Origin: a virus | Strand: one strand, 5' to 3' | DNA: 64,000 nucleotides | Virus record (IMG/VR): IMGVR_UViG_3300043496_000205 | Span: 4,253-68,252 of that record | Shown: positions 37,801 to 47,972 of the stretch, piece after piece | How the letters are laid out: every line of letters begins with the position of its first letter | Numbering within the stretch: the first letter of the stretch is position 1 | The notes under the pieces: generated by a model | Told to the model about the DNA's origin: nothing | Databases searched by the model: none | What the model saw: only the letters and a program-made list of their open reading frames with translations | Position numbers and translations under genes: made by a program

Positions 37801-40800
37801 GAGGCATTGGTCATCTATCGATGTTCGCCAAGACCATGCGGAACAAGGTCAAGGCGATCCAGGCTTCGATCAACACCCCGAAGGGCGATCGTATTCCCTA
37901 CGAAGCCTTCGACGGTAAGAAGATGCAGCCAGCCGATGGCGTGTTCGAGACCTACTTCAACAAGAAGGCGGCCAACTCCGCCAAGTATGCCCAGCAAGTT
38001 TATGCCGAGGCTGTCGCGCTCACCCAGCTGGCCAATGACTACGCCAGGGCCAACCCTGGAGCAGGCATTCAGCCTGACGATGAAGAGATCCAGCTGACCC
38101 TGCCAGGTCAGGCAACCCAGAGTTCCAAGGCAGGAGTACCTGCTCCGACTGCAGACATGGGTCTGGCAGCAAATGTAACTGGGGGAAGCTCAACACCTGG
38201 TGCGTCTCCGGCTACCACGTCAGAGACCAAACAGGTGGAGCCTCCCCTTCCTGGCTCCCCCACTCAGGAGGCGCCAGCAGCTACTGATACAACAGCTGCG
38301 GCACCCAAGAGCAAGCCCCCGAGCCAGAAGACTACCGATCTCTCCACAGTCCCCGATACGGAGCTGCAGAATCGGCTGAACTTTTTTGACAGGCAAAAAC
38401 AACGCGGCCCATTGAACGAGTGGGCCACGGAAAATGAATCGAAGGTCAAGGCTGAGCTCGCCAAGCGCAGAGCTACGACACCTGAAAAAACAAAATCCGG
38501 AAACCAGTTACCGGACGTTTCCGGACAAGCTGATCAGACCGAAGAGACCGATGATGATCTTGCAGCCTACGAGGCGATGGCCTCTGAGCGCAGTGGTCAA
38601 GAGGGAGATGCGATCGATCAGTTCGCCGACGAGATAGCTTCTATCCCGGCTATGGATGCTGATACCGCAGCTAAGTTGATTGATGAATTCAAAACCAGGA
38701 CACCTACTCAACAGGAACTGGTAGCCCTTAACAAATTCCTCGACACATTATCAGACGAAGAGTTTGATAAACTCTATGAAAGAGCTGATAATAATATCAA
38801 GATTAGTAACATTAAAGGTAAAGCGATAGCAGGCATCAAGCAGGCTATGGATGCGATATCCAAAGCAGCAGGCTTCGATGTCTCGAAGCTGATGCGTGCC
38901 GTCAAGGCTGCCACCTTCAAGGAAGGTCCCTCGGGTGGTCAGTTCAATACGGTTGGACCCAGCCTGTTCCTGACCGACAGGGTCCTCGACCGGTTCAACA
39001 ACGATAAATTCACGCCAGACCAGATGAACCATCTCCTGGCTCATGAACTGGGTCATGCTGCCGACTTCCACGCCGCTGGTACCGATGCAGACCATCTGTT
39101 CCGCAGCAGCGATGATCCGATGTTCCAGATCAACAGCCCACTCTGGAATGAATTCAAGAAGATTAAGGGTCTAGCCAGCAACAGCGTCAACGAACCAACG
39201 TGGAGCTACCTGGATAAGTTCGCCAAAAACAGGGAGGTATTCCCCAATGAATTCTTCGCCGAACTCGCAGCCTTCGTCCTCAACGAACGAGCCCTCGCCG
39301 AAGAGCACCTCCCGCTCGGACTCAAAGCCGTCGAGGAGACCCTATCCAGGGCCGCAGCAAACCGGCAACTTCCTCGAAGCGGGACTGGCGATACCCAGTC
39401 TACCAATCGAGGAGATAACAAGAGCAAGTCGCGATCAAAACAAAAAGTAATCAAGGATCTCAAGGACCTGGGTCCGGCCCTCGAGGAAACTCAGGAGCCT
39501 GCTCCCGAGGCTGAACCCGAAGAAGATCTCGAGCTGACCGACACGTTGGATGAGAACGCCACTCCTGAGCAGGACATCAAGGAGGCGTTCCCCAACCTGG
39601 TTCAGAAGGACAAGAACTGGTTCCACAAGGCGTTCCGGGTGGGCAAGAAGCTCACCTCACGGATACTCCTGCTGGATCGTCCGCTGTCCAAGATCAAGGC
39701 CCTGCTGGATAATCCTGCTGCCCTGCAGGAGTTCATGAAGGGCGCCAAGATCGAGGGTTACACCCCCAAGGAAAAGGATCTGCGTGCCCATCTGAAGATG
39801 CTCGGGCTGGGTGACACTGCCCTCAAGCATCTGAACCAGAGGCTGGCCAAGGCCCTGGCTGTCAAGAACAAACAGGGCATCTCGGTCCTGGATCAACTGA
39901 ACAGCGAAGACCCCCAGGTTATCCGGACACGTAATAATCGTATCCTTAATCTCCTGGAACTGGATGATAATGGAAATTATAAATATAACCCCCAGCTGAT
40001 CGAGGGGGCTCTCATAGCTGCAATCGATTGGGCCATGAACATTGGTGACCGTCAGGTCCCCATCGATGTCGAGGACATTGCCAAGGCACTGGGTATCGAT
40101 GAAGCCGAGGCAACCAAGTACCTCGCTGAGTTCAAGCGTGGCCTGTCCACCGAGATGGCGGTTCGCTCACTGGCCGAGAACATCAAGAAGCTCTGGGGCC
40201 TGCAGACCAACCGTGACACCAACGAGGACTTCACCAAGGGTGTGCCCGAGGCTGTCGCCAAGGAGATGCTGATGGCGCTCGAGCATGTCGGGCTGATCAG
40301 CAGGGGCAATGTCAGCTACACGGTGAACGAGACAGCTATCAACAAGAAGACTGGCGAGGAGGAAATCGTCAAAGTCCATCCGAGGAAGACAGGCCGTGTC
40401 TGGTTCGATGAACGACCCAACCACATAGAGGGCCTGGTCACCTCCCTGGATCGTACTGCTACCCTGCTGCGGGACATCTCCCTCATCGGTGGCGAGAAGG
40501 AAGGCTTTGCATTCGGCAAGCCGATCACTGACGTGGATGACACCCAGCTGAGACAACGTTGGGTGAAGCTTACCAACTTCGGAAAGAAGGCTCTCCTGGC
40601 TGCCCAGGCTGTCCCCCACTACCTGGATCGGACCATGCTCAACTTCTACCAGTCGATGGATGAAGATGGCTATGTCGCACTCCGGAGCGGGCGCCCCTAC
40701 AAGGACGGCGATCTCGAGAAGACCCACACCGAGATGGGCTACAACAAGAACGACTGGGAATCGATCAAGGGTCGCCAGCGTGGGCTGCGTACTACCTACC

Positions 40801-43800
40801 GGAACATCCAGAAGCAGATCGCCGGGATGCAGGCTTACGCCGACCAGGAAGGCATCGACATCACCAAGGTGCCTGTCTTCTACAGGCATCACATCAATCG
40901 TCTGGGCCGCCCCCAGATGGATGGCGCCAGCAATCCGCAGACCGACAAGACTGCCCGTCACACGTTCGTCTCGACACGGTCGAAGCTGAACCTGTCCAAG
41001 CCAGGCAGTGCCGACTTCAATCGTTTCCTCAAGACCGTGGGCCAGGGCCTCGGCCTCAAGACCGAGAAGCTATTCGGTGATGACATCGCCGCCAAGGTTC
41101 TGAACCAGGTGACGGAACCCCTGGGGGAGAACGAGCAGGGCAAGTTCAACGAAGCATTCAAGGCTACCAAGACCTGGCTCAAGTCTGACCAGACCAACAT
41201 GCCGGAGAGCACCTACAAGCTCTTTGAGGCTGCCGAGCTGACGGACCATGGCATCCATGCTCTGATCTCGTTTGCCCGCTATGACAATGCACGGGAAGCG
41301 GGCGAGGATCTCACCAGCTTCAAGAACTATAATGCCCTCGAGGCTGACGGCAAAACCAATGGCGTCATCAATGCACTGATGATGGCAGCCGGTAAGATCA
41401 CACCCAAGTGGCTACGCACTGTTGCCAAGGGTGGTGTCTTCTTTGGGCGGCTGAACAAGACTTTGAACCAGCATATGCTGGAGGATAGCGCTGATATTTA
41501 TCAGGAGGTATCCGGATTAACCGCATATAAAATGAATAATCTGGGTGAGACCCTGTCCAGGCAGGACAATCCTGCGGCTCATGCCCAGTTCCAAGCCTTC
41601 AGGCGTCTCCTCGCACTGATCAATGTGGATGCCACGATCAATGCCGATGGCGAGATAGAACTCAAGCGTGGCATAGCCAAGAGCCCGCAGACCAAGTCGG
41701 TCTATGGAGCCGGTGGCGATAGCCTGGCTGTCACCGTCACCAATGATCTGCTCAACGAGATCTACGAAGCCCTGTCGACCGAGGTCAGGACCGGTACCCC
41801 TGCGGGTGACATCCTCTATGGCAAGGGTGGCAGCAGGCAGTTCGTCAACGACCTGCAGGCGCTCATATCCAACAAGCCGATCTACAGCAACAAGGACAAG
41901 AAATGGATCCTCCTGAACGGAGTGTCCTCCAGCTTCCTCAACCCGAACCCTGGGGACATCACGCTGAATCCCCAGCAGTTCGATACCTTCAAGAACAATG
42001 TGAAAGCCTTCCTCATCGGGCCGATGCAGGAAGCCATCAAGTTCACGGTCAACGATCACGTCAGCTCAGTCACCTCCCTGGTTCAGCAAGCGACCCAGGT
42101 GCAGTCGATCTTCCTGGTCAACATGATGATCGGGGATGTCATTGCTTCCATGAGAGAGAAGCAGCTCGACAAACAGAAGCATGACTGGAAGCCGGGTGAG
42201 ATATCATTATCAGAAAATGATATGGACCGTATTAGAAAAACGCTCCTGCCATTTTCACCATTCATAGACACAGGCACGCAGCGCTACATGATGTCGGGTG
42301 GCGAGACCACCGACCTGTTTGATACCATTACGACCGAGGTCAATGGCGAACCCCTGGTAATCAGGCTCCCGCGTACCTACTCGACGACCCTCGATAAGCA
42401 GATGGAGACGGCCATCTATATCTATGGGGCCACCTATGCTGGTGTACGTGCCATCCCGACACTGAATGTCGGCAGTGGCGACGGCCAGATGATGCTCAAT
42501 ATGCTGGTCGACTATCCCGAAGAAATGAAGCGCATGTTGCACGTCTTCGACGGTCTCTACATGCCAGCCGACCAGATCGAAGCCTACTCCCAGCTGGTCA
42601 ATCAGTCGGTCTACCAGACGTGGACCGAGAACGGTAACCCGATACGAGCTGTCGCCGATAGCTTTGCCAGGTTCATGGAACATAACCCTGTCGATGCCCT
42701 CTTCCCTGGATCGGTTCGCGGTCAGCATCAGAACGATGCTCTGCATGAGATGGCCAAGGTCATCTCCAACAAAAAGATACCCAGCGACGAGGACAGCGTG
42801 AACTCCGAGGACGTTCACAAGTGGATGGAGAAGCTGGTCGACAAGCTGTACGACACAGCCGAAGCCCTGGATCGCAGACGCCAGATCTACACCGAGTTCG
42901 ACCTGTCGATCGATCAGATGGCTTCAGGCGAAGCGCCCTTCGTCCGCAAGGGATCCATCGAGACGGCCCCCAATATCAATGAGGATGACCTGGCCCAGGC
43001 CATGCAGGCTCGCCTCGAAGAACTCGAGGAACGTGATCGCCGTAAGCCGAGGGACAGGTACCAGGGAACCAGGAAGAAGGGTCCCCCGGCTCCAGAGATC
43101 ACAGTCCGTGAGCTGGGGCCTGAGTATGTCCCCACCCCGGTGGAAAAGTTCCTGCGTCAGTATGCGACGGTTGATACCCAGACCGGCGCCCAGGTGCTCA
43201 CGGTTGGCAAGCTGAAGAACATCCCCGACCAAGCGGGGATCATGACCAAGACGCTGAACTATCTGAAGCACAATGATTTCCTGGTGGTGTTCGGCACACC
43301 CTCCCAGCTCAATGCATGGAAGCGGGCCAACACGGATCACCAGGGAGACGATACGTTCTCCTCTGATACCCAGGGATTAACTGACTTTAGAAACAAGATT
43401 ATTTATATCGCTAATGGTAACCAGGAAACTGTTACCCATGAGCTGATTCACGCGGCCACTTTCAAAAAGGTGGACCTCTACTATCAGGGTGGTCACGCCA
43501 AGGGATCTCTCTCGCAGTACGACCAGGACGCCATCAAGCGTCTCGAAAGCCTGATGGGTGAATGGCTGAACGCCACCGGCCCCATCGAGGACATCGGTCA
43601 GCGCCAGCTCGACACGGATGCCAGGGCTTCAGTCGTCGGTCACCAGTCCACTGGTCAACCGGCTGCTGCCCTCAATGAATTCATGGCTTATGTCCTGGCT
43701 CACCAGGACCTGGCCAAAGCAGCCGAGGGCGTGACAGTCAAGAGCAGGGTGTCCCGGATCATCAAGAAGGCCCTGGCTGCAATCCAGTCCCTGATCTGGG

Positions 43801-46800
43801 GCAAGGATATCCCGGCACCAGGCACCGACATCCTGTCGAACCTGCGCTTCAATACGGACGTGCTACTGGCAACGGCGACGCCTCTCCAGCTGATGCGCGA
43901 CAAGGCCGGGGAAGTGATGCTCTTCCAGAGCTCTGCCTTCGGACAGAACGATCGTCTCACCACGGCTCGTGACGGATTCAACCGCAAGATCCTTGCCTGG
44001 CTCAACGAGCCTTATATCGGTCCCCTCAAGCCCGGTGCGGCTGTGAACCCCACCGCAGCACGAGCCATCGAGACCCACACCCAGCAGGTGAACCGGGCCG
44101 CCGAGTTCTCTGGCGCCGAGCTGAGGGCCAACGACTTCGTCAAGGAGTTCGCGCTTCACTTCGGTGACCTGAACAACATGCAGGCATGGTCGACGTTCGA
44201 GATGATCCAGACTGCGCTGTTCACCGATCTCAAACTCAATCCCAATACGATGCTCCGCCTCGAGGAGATCTACGATCATGTGATCAGCAACCTGAAGGCC
44301 GCGGATTTCCGTACTACCACCGATCCCAACGATGTCGTCGATGCACAGAAGGCCCAGGACAAATACGAAGCGATCCATGGCCTGAAGATCTTTCATACCG
44401 ACAGGTACGGAAGGTCCTCCTTCATGAGCTCCTTCCTGGCTCTCTCCATAGCGTCGGATGAATTCCGGAACGTGCTCGCCAAGATGGAGAAGCCGAAGAC
44501 CGAACAGAATACAGCTGGTGGATTTGATGCCGCCGTGGAGAACATGGCCAACTCCATGCTGGACCGCACCTCGATGGCTTTATCGGGTGAGCGATCCACC
44601 AGCTCAACTATTACCGATGTGTTGGATGACCTGACGGTCAAGATGATCGAGCAGGTAGCCGACCAGGACAAGCACATCGATGTCAAGGCCAACAATCAGC
44701 TGAGCAGATTCGAGAACGCCCTCGCCGAGGGGATCCAGAGTGCCAGCCAGAGGGTATCCGACAAGGCAAACCAGGTAGCCCAGAGTTCCAGTTCTCGGAT
44801 CGTCAGGGGAGGAGCGAAACTAATTAGGGCTGCGATGGTAGCCATCAATGAGGAGCAGGCAGAGCAGGCTCAACTGGGATTAATAGCTAATATTAATAAG
44901 TTCGAGGGCCTGCATGAAATCCGTGCGCTCATCAACGATTGGGTTGGTCGCAACAAACAGAACATGAACGTCTGGGATCTGATCAACAAGGTCAGGGCCA
45001 TCGCTCAGCAAACCCGCCAGCGCTATCGGAAACAACTCCCCAAGGCGATTGCCAAGAAGTTCTCCCGGACACTGAGCAAGGCGGAATACTCCGCGATGTT
45101 CAGGGCCTGGGGCAAGACGGACCTGGCTGCCCTGTTTGCCACATACGGGGCCGCTGGAGCGTTCGAGCTGCTGACCGATACTCGCAAGCTCACTCGTGCG
45201 ATTGCCTCTCTGGAGGCCACGATCCAGGGCTATGAAGGCCCTCGAGCAGCGAAGGTGATCCAGAAGGCGAAACAGCACGCCAACTACATGAACACTGGCA
45301 ACCACGGTGCCAAGTGGCTGAGCAATTCACACGCGATTGCTCACCTTTATGGTGAGAACGAGTTCCAGAGTACGCTTCTCAATTCCCAGCTGGAAGACGA
45401 TGTCGATCAGCTAACCACGCTCTATGCCATGCAGGGCACGAGCCAGGAGGACCGTGATCTCGTCAAGGAACTTATTAACAATGAAAATGAGGGCTCAAAA
45501 TTTGTTTACCATTATCTGGTAAGCCTTCGCAAGCATGAACTAACTAAAGTCTCCGGACGATATGGTACCCCCAACTATGTGAAGGGGCACCTCCCCTCGG
45601 AGAAGCAGAACGAGGGCCACCTGGTCGTCGTCGATGACCGTGACCATGCCGACTGGGCCAAGCTGGGCTATGCCAAGGTCGGTCCTTACGCTGGGTCTTC
45701 TGCCGATCGTACCAACAGGGGCAAGAGCTATTACTTCTCGCCGGTCTCATCGAAGGCGCCCTTCAGGCAGGGCATCCTGCAGACGGTTCGTTACACAGCC
45801 TCTGGCATCGATCCGAACACAGGCTACCTCAGTGATGAACTGACAGCCGGACGCATCGACAACCAGCAGGTAGTCGACCTGATCCGCAGGCAAGTCTCAC
45901 GCCAGCGTCAGACCAATGAGAACCTCCGGCCTATCTATGACCAGCAGACGGGCGAGACGATCGCTTACGAACGTCTTCTGGATCCAACCAAGATCGTTGG
46001 TCTCGATCACAGCACCCACCTGGGCAACATGATCGGTGCCTGGAAGGGTAGACAAGTCGAGGAGGATTTCGCCCCGGCTCTCAACGAGGAGCTGGTCGAC
46101 GAGCTCAAGAGCGACTGGGACAAAGGCGTCCGGGATGGCAAGACCAACCAGTTCGTCAACGTCTATGCCAGCACCGATCCAGTGATCATGGACGCGGTGA
46201 AGCTAATCCCCAACTATACGCGGGACTATATCAAGGGCGAGTTCGGACCCAACACCCTGATGATCCGCCGCGACGTGCTGCTGCAGACGCTTGGCGATCG
46301 CCAGGCCTCGGTGGGTGACATGTTCACCGGCAGGACACGCTGGAAGCCAGGCGTGACCGAGCGGTTCGAGAACATCGCAATGGGTCTCTTCGCTACGGCG
46401 CCATTCAAGAAACTGTTTGGCGAGGACAAGGCCTACCCAACTCTGGTTCGGGCCGAAGGATTGATTGGTGATGCAGTCATCGCTGCCAAGACCAACATCG
46501 TCATCAAGTCTGTCGTGGTGCCTGTCGCCAACATCATGGCTGGCTTCGGCCAGCTGCTGAACAGGGGTGTTCCCTTCCGGGATATCGTCACCAAATTCCC
46601 CAAGAAGGTGATCGAGATCAACACCTACATCAAGCTTCGCAACAAGGAGATCGAGCTCGAAGCCGACCTCGAGGCTGCCAAGGGCGAGAACAAACTGAAT
46701 GAGATCCGCAAGCTGACCAGCAGGATCCAGGCCATCAAAGATTCCTACAAGCACATGAGCATCTACCCGCTGATCGAAGCTGGGCAGTTCGCATCCATCT

Positions 46801-47360
46801 CGGACGGTCAGGTGACTGCCGAGGACCTGGCCCTGGCTGAGGGCAAGTGGTCAGAATTCATGACCAATATGATTCAAAAGATTCCTGATAATGGTCTGAG
46901 GACTGCAGCTAAATATGGCATCGTCGACAAGGACACTGCCATGTTCCGGGCACTGGGCGCCGCGACCCAGTACGGTGACTTCGTGATGAAGGCGATCCTC
47001 ACTGACCACCTGGTCGCCAAGGAGAACAAGTCCACCGATGATGCCATCGCCGAGGCCAGCGAAGCGTTCGTCAACTACAACGTCCTGGCTGGGCGGTCTC
47101 GTGACTGGCTGGAGAGGCATGGCCTTCTCTGGTTCTATAACTACAAGCTGCGTTCCATGAAGGAAGCAGCCTGGACACTGAGAAACCGTCCGCTCAGGGC
47201 ATTGATCATGATGTCAGCACCTGGGCTGAGCTCGATCCAGTCGGTGGTCGACAGCAACTTCATGAGCCTTGCGGTAGAAGGTGATCTGCCTTGGTCGATT
47301 GGTCCCGGCATGGGGCTGAACTCATGGGCGATGAATCCCTGGGCTAATCTGATCGACTAG
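34839..47360 (+). CDS. Virion-encapsidated RNA polymerase (N4 gp50-like vRNAP), 4173 aa
   Basis: Single-subunit RNAP motifs LEADGKTNG (A), KRGIAKSPQTKSVYGAG (B), LHVFDG (C); no cysteine in 4173 aa; two HExxH zincin-like motifs. Confidence 0.96.
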   Translation: MASVLGNSLKASDFTQPASSMPPPPPSLTEQDVSDLEFSARDAAYKRSQTDFTSTPAEVVDPLDEAAKTLWKTGSVTEAIKTYSPPDPNAPKMQELSPMMKRMRDLNEIRNATQSSQGVAMFELKRQDTENFDNQVAKDYQNMDANVFEQVYGAEARNNMMALTLGAADINRRKNTSRGVTEHLQDAGTQIVAGVPSLIGGVGALALKLNSYTPAGYAQDKIAEWVGITEKGGPTFNEQMSTTVAKLGEAGRKFVLQNETQAGQDLRYADEVQAAVDQEQQAKDYRENLSKDGLALAELRDFGHSLTNTGSRLITDPSRGAALVFESVPSLAAGGPAAKVITKGAKLAMGVDAAATAGTRAAVAEAISFPTAIGAMEGADAYGGTTAQIMNMSHDELMVKSPEYQKLISSGFTEEGAKTRIATNAGLKAAAIAAPIGAVTSAAAKTKAFETNLFKPRSLGQTGVNVAKEVPEEAAQGFGGQYATNEGVQQAANPDQRALADTGAATLEGAVAGGGMPLLTHGPVHVTKGAGEVAKAVVDTAVVKPLKMVGDSLVARGEARKAEQAAKAPTSTETLTPEVAAAATAAPVVGQSLRALAEEAAKLPPVGTTETAPKAPASTTEAIPVATTETAPAAETGKETVTGTEPETEAPATPEERETFIKKVESAALLQTEDFEGMPMSVTQRVGDLAQSKGEAPNRFEAMTEVAKVLDDEKATPDEKVAAASFITKIINENKDLFGPESPLPDFLANAPADHKSRQEFDSYAQTLQKLGDNPAIKKAVDWLQKEAVVEEKDFSTIDLNSEEGQQAVDTVVNVATHAPHKLSEATVDSLLQADEKTSKLTPRARQVLRGTQSTLAAERMFSANNRLPEAGLVEAEASELETELEETKGKDEATIARVKEQRQARAAKAKAAKAEASATPPGSTEQSDTAPGIETPGMSAEGSANIDLMSRQINEDGGAKAHQKPIKTHVAEISKAIMSGDTKAIKRGIGHLSMFAKTMRNKVKAIQASINTPKGDRIPYEAFDGKKMQPADGVFETYFNKKAANSAKYAQQVYAEAVALTQLANDYARANPGAGIQPDDEEIQLTLPGQATQSSKAGVPAPTADMGLAANVTGGSSTPGASPATTSETKQVEPPLPGSPTQEAPAATDTTAAAPKSKPPSQKTTDLSTVPDTELQNRLNFFDRQKQRGPLNEWATENESKVKAELAKRRATTPEKTKSGNQLPDVSGQADQTEETDDDLAAYEAMASERSGQEGDAIDQFADEIASIPAMDADTAAKLIDEFKTRTPTQQELVALNKFLDTLSDEEFDKLYERADNNIKISNIKGKAIAGIKQAMDAISKAAGFDVSKLMRAVKAATFKEGPSGGQFNTVGPSLFLTDRVLDRFNNDKFTPDQMNHLLAHELGHAADFHAAGTDADHLFRSSDDPMFQINSPLWNEFKKIKGLASNSVNEPTWSYLDKFAKNREVFPNEFFAELAAFVLNERALAEEHLPLGLKAVEETLSRAAANRQLPRSGTGDTQSTNRGDNKSKSRSKQKVIKDLKDLGPALEETQEPAPEAEPEEDLELTDTLDENATPEQDIKEAFPNLVQKDKNWFHKAFRVGKKLTSRILLLDRPLSKIKALLDNPAALQEFMKGAKIEGYTPKEKDLRAHLKMLGLGDTALKHLNQRLAKALAVKNKQGISVLDQLNSEDPQVIRTRNNRILNLLELDDNGNYKYNPQLIEGALIAAIDWAMNIGDRQVPIDVEDIAKALGIDEAEATKYLAEFKRGLSTEMAVRSLAENIKKLWGLQTNRDTNEDFTKGVPEAVAKEMLMALEHVGLISRGNVSYTVNETAINKKTGEEEIVKVHPRKTGRVWFDERPNHIEGLVTSLDRTATLLRDISLIGGEKEGFAFGKPITDVDDTQLRQRWVKLTNFGKKALLAAQAVPHYLDRTMLNFYQSMDEDGYVALRSGRPYKDGDLEKTHTEMGYNKNDWESIKGRQRGLRTTYRNIQKQIAGMQAYADQEGIDITKVPVFYRHHINRLGRPQMDGASNPQTDKTARHTFVSTRSKLNLSKPGSADFNRFLKTVGQGLGLKTEKLFGDDIAAKVLNQVTEPLGENEQGKFNEAFKATKTWLKSDQTNMPESTYKLFEAAELTDHGIHALISFARYDNAREAGEDLTSFKNYNALEADGKTNGVINALMMAAGKITPKWLRTVAKGGVFFGRLNKTLNQHMLEDSADIYQEVSGLTAYKMNNLGETLSRQDNPAAHAQFQAFRRLLALINVDATINADGEIELKRGIAKSPQTKSVYGAGGDSLAVTVTNDLLNEIYEALSTEVRTGTPAGDILYGKGGSRQFVNDLQALISNKPIYSNKDKKWILLNGVSSSFLNPNPGDITLNPQQFDTFKNNVKAFLIGPMQEAIKFTVNDHVSSVTSLVQQATQVQSIFLVNMMIGDVIASMREKQLDKQKHDWKPGEISLSENDMDRIRKTLLPFSPFIDTGTQRYMMSGGETTDLFDTITTEVNGEPLVIRLPRTYSTTLDKQMETAIYIYGATYAGVRAIPTLNVGSGDGQMMLNMLVDYPEEMKRMLHVFDGLYMPADQIEAYSQLVNQSVYQTWTENGNPIRAVADSFARFMEHNPVDALFPGSVRGQHQNDALHEMAKVISNKKIPSDEDSVNSEDVHKWMEKLVDKLYDTAEALDRRRQIYTEFDLSIDQMASGEAPFVRKGSIETAPNINEDDLAQAMQARLEELEERDRRKPRDRYQGTRKKGPPAPEITVRELGPEYVPTPVEKFLRQYATVDTQTGAQVLTVGKLKNIPDQAGIMTKTLNYLKHNDFLVVFGTPSQLNAWKRANTDHQGDDTFSSDTQGLTDFRNKIIYIANGNQETVTHELIHAATFKKVDLYYQGGHAKGSLSQYDQDAIKRLESLMGEWLNATGPIEDIGQRQLDTDARASVVGHQSTGQPAAALNEFMAYVLAHQDLAKAAEGVTVKSRVSRIIKKALAAIQSLIWGKDIPAPGTDILSNLRFNTDVLLATATPLQLMRDKAGEVMLFQSSAFGQNDRLTTARDGFNRKILAWLNEPYIGPLKPGAAVNPTAARAIETHTQQVNRAAEFSGAELRANDFVKEFALHFGDLNNMQAWSTFEMIQTALFTDLKLNPNTMLRLEEIYDHVISNLKAADFRTTTDPNDVVDAQKAQDKYEAIHGLKIFHTDRYGRSSFMSSFLALSIASDEFRNVLAKMEKPKTEQNTAGGFDAAVENMANSMLDRTSMALSGERSTSSTITDVLDDLTVKMIEQVADQDKHIDVKANNQLSRFENALAEGIQSASQRVSDKANQVAQSSSSRIVRGGAKLIRAAMVAINEEQAEQAQLGLIANINKFEGLHEIRALINDWVGRNKQNMNVWDLINKVRAIAQQTRQRYRKQLPKAIAKKFSRTLSKAEYSAMFRAWGKTDLAALFATYGAAGAFELLTDTRKLTRAIASLEATIQGYEGPRAAKVIQKAKQHANYMNTGNHGAKWLSNSHAIAHLYGENEFQSTLLNSQLEDDVDQLTTLYAMQGTSQEDRDLVKELINNENEGSKFVYHYLVSLRKHELTKVSGRYGTPNYVKGHLPSEKQNEGHLVVVDDRDHADWAKLGYAKVGPYAGSSADRTNRGKSYYFSPVSSKAPFRQGILQTVRYTASGIDPNTGYLSDELTAGRIDNQQVVDLIRRQVSRQRQTNENLRPIYDQQTGETIAYERLLDPTKIVGLDHSTHLGNMIGAWKGRQVEEDFAPALNEELVDELKSDWDKGVRDGKTNQFVNVYASTDPVIMDAVKLIPNYTRDYIKGEFGPNTLMIRRDVLLQTLGDRQASVGDMFTGRTRWKPGVTERFENIAMGLFATAPFKKLFGEDKAYPTLVRAEGLIGDAVIAAKTNIVIKSVVVPVANIMAGFGQLLNRGVPFRDIVTKFPKKVIEINTYIKLRNKEIELEADLEAAKGENKLNEIRKLTSRIQAIKDSYKHMSIYPLIEAGQFASISDGQVTAEDLALAEGKWSEFMTNMIQKIPDNGLRTAAKYGIVDKDTAMFRALGAATQYGDFVMKAILTDHLVAKENKSTDDAIAEASEAFVNYNVLAGRSRDWLERHGLLWFYNYKLRSMKEAAWTLRNRPLRALIMMSAPGLSSIQSVVDSNFMSLAVEGDLPWSIGPGMGLNSWAMNPWANLID

Positions 47361-47721
47361 CAGGAGAGTTGAGGCCGTTGAGCGCAATGCTCTCGACACG
47401 GAAGGCCAGACCGTCCTTGATCGGAAAGCGGCTGCATTCGTTGACGATGTGCGTCAGCGCCGCATCCTTGGCCGCAATCTGCGCCTTGAGGTGATCCAGC
47501 TTGGCCCGCCATTCGCTGTCGTTTTGCAGGCGGAAGTCCTGATGCTCTTGTTCGTTGGCCGCGATCTGCGCCTCAAGGACTTCTATTTTTCGCAGCATCG
47601 TATCTGCCCAGGCGTGCAGCTCGGTGATCTTTTTGTCTTTCTCTTCGATCAGCTCTGCCTGCTTGTTCATGGCAGCTACCGTGATGTCCCAGGCAGTTTT
47701 CCATTCTGCATCGGTACTCAT
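47344..47721 (-). CDS. Hypothetical coiled-coil protein
   Basis: ATG 47721 with GAGGA RBS overlapping the upstream stop; overlaps the vRNAP stop convergently by 17 bp. Confidence 0.6.
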   Translation of the reverse strand: MSTDAEWKTAWDITVAAMNKQAELIEEKDKKITELHAWADTMLRKIEVLEAQIAANEQEHQDFRLQNDSEWRAKLDHLKAQIAAKDAALTHIVNECSRFPIKDGLAFRVESIALNGLNSPASRSD

Positions 47722-47969
47722 GACTTCCTCACGATCTGAACGCTCAGACCCAGGGTAGCCAGTAATGGAAACAGGGTGGTAGGCCGGGGCCAACGGGTCT
47801 TACCGCTGGCCAGGTTGTTGACTGTGGTAGCGTTGACGCCGGTCTTGAAGGCGATCTCCTTATAGGTGCGTCCGTCCTTGAAGATCTGGGTTCGTAGCTC
47901 TTCGATCATTTTCTCGGCAGTTGTGAATGCACGCGGCCTGTCCTGGCGGAGCTGCACTATCTTTGCCAT
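47718..47969 (-). CDS. Cro/XRE-type helix-turn-helix protein
   Basis: GRTYKEIAFKTGVNATTVNNLASGKTRWPRPTTL..L. Confidence 0.8.
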   Translation of the reverse strand: MAKIVQLRQDRPRAFTTAEKMIEELRTQIFKDGRTYKEIAFKTGVNATTVNNLASGKTRWPRPTTLFPLLATLGLSVQIVRKS

Positions 47970-47972
47970 TAC

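Noticed and set aside
37010-46920. AT islands as sequencing or assembly artefacts
   Set aside because: Frames and plausible protein sequence run through them, changes are synonymous-biased, and motifs recur
47718-47969. Lysogeny module suggested by the Cro-like HTH
   Set aside because: No integrase, CI peptidase domain or att site in the window; N4-like context
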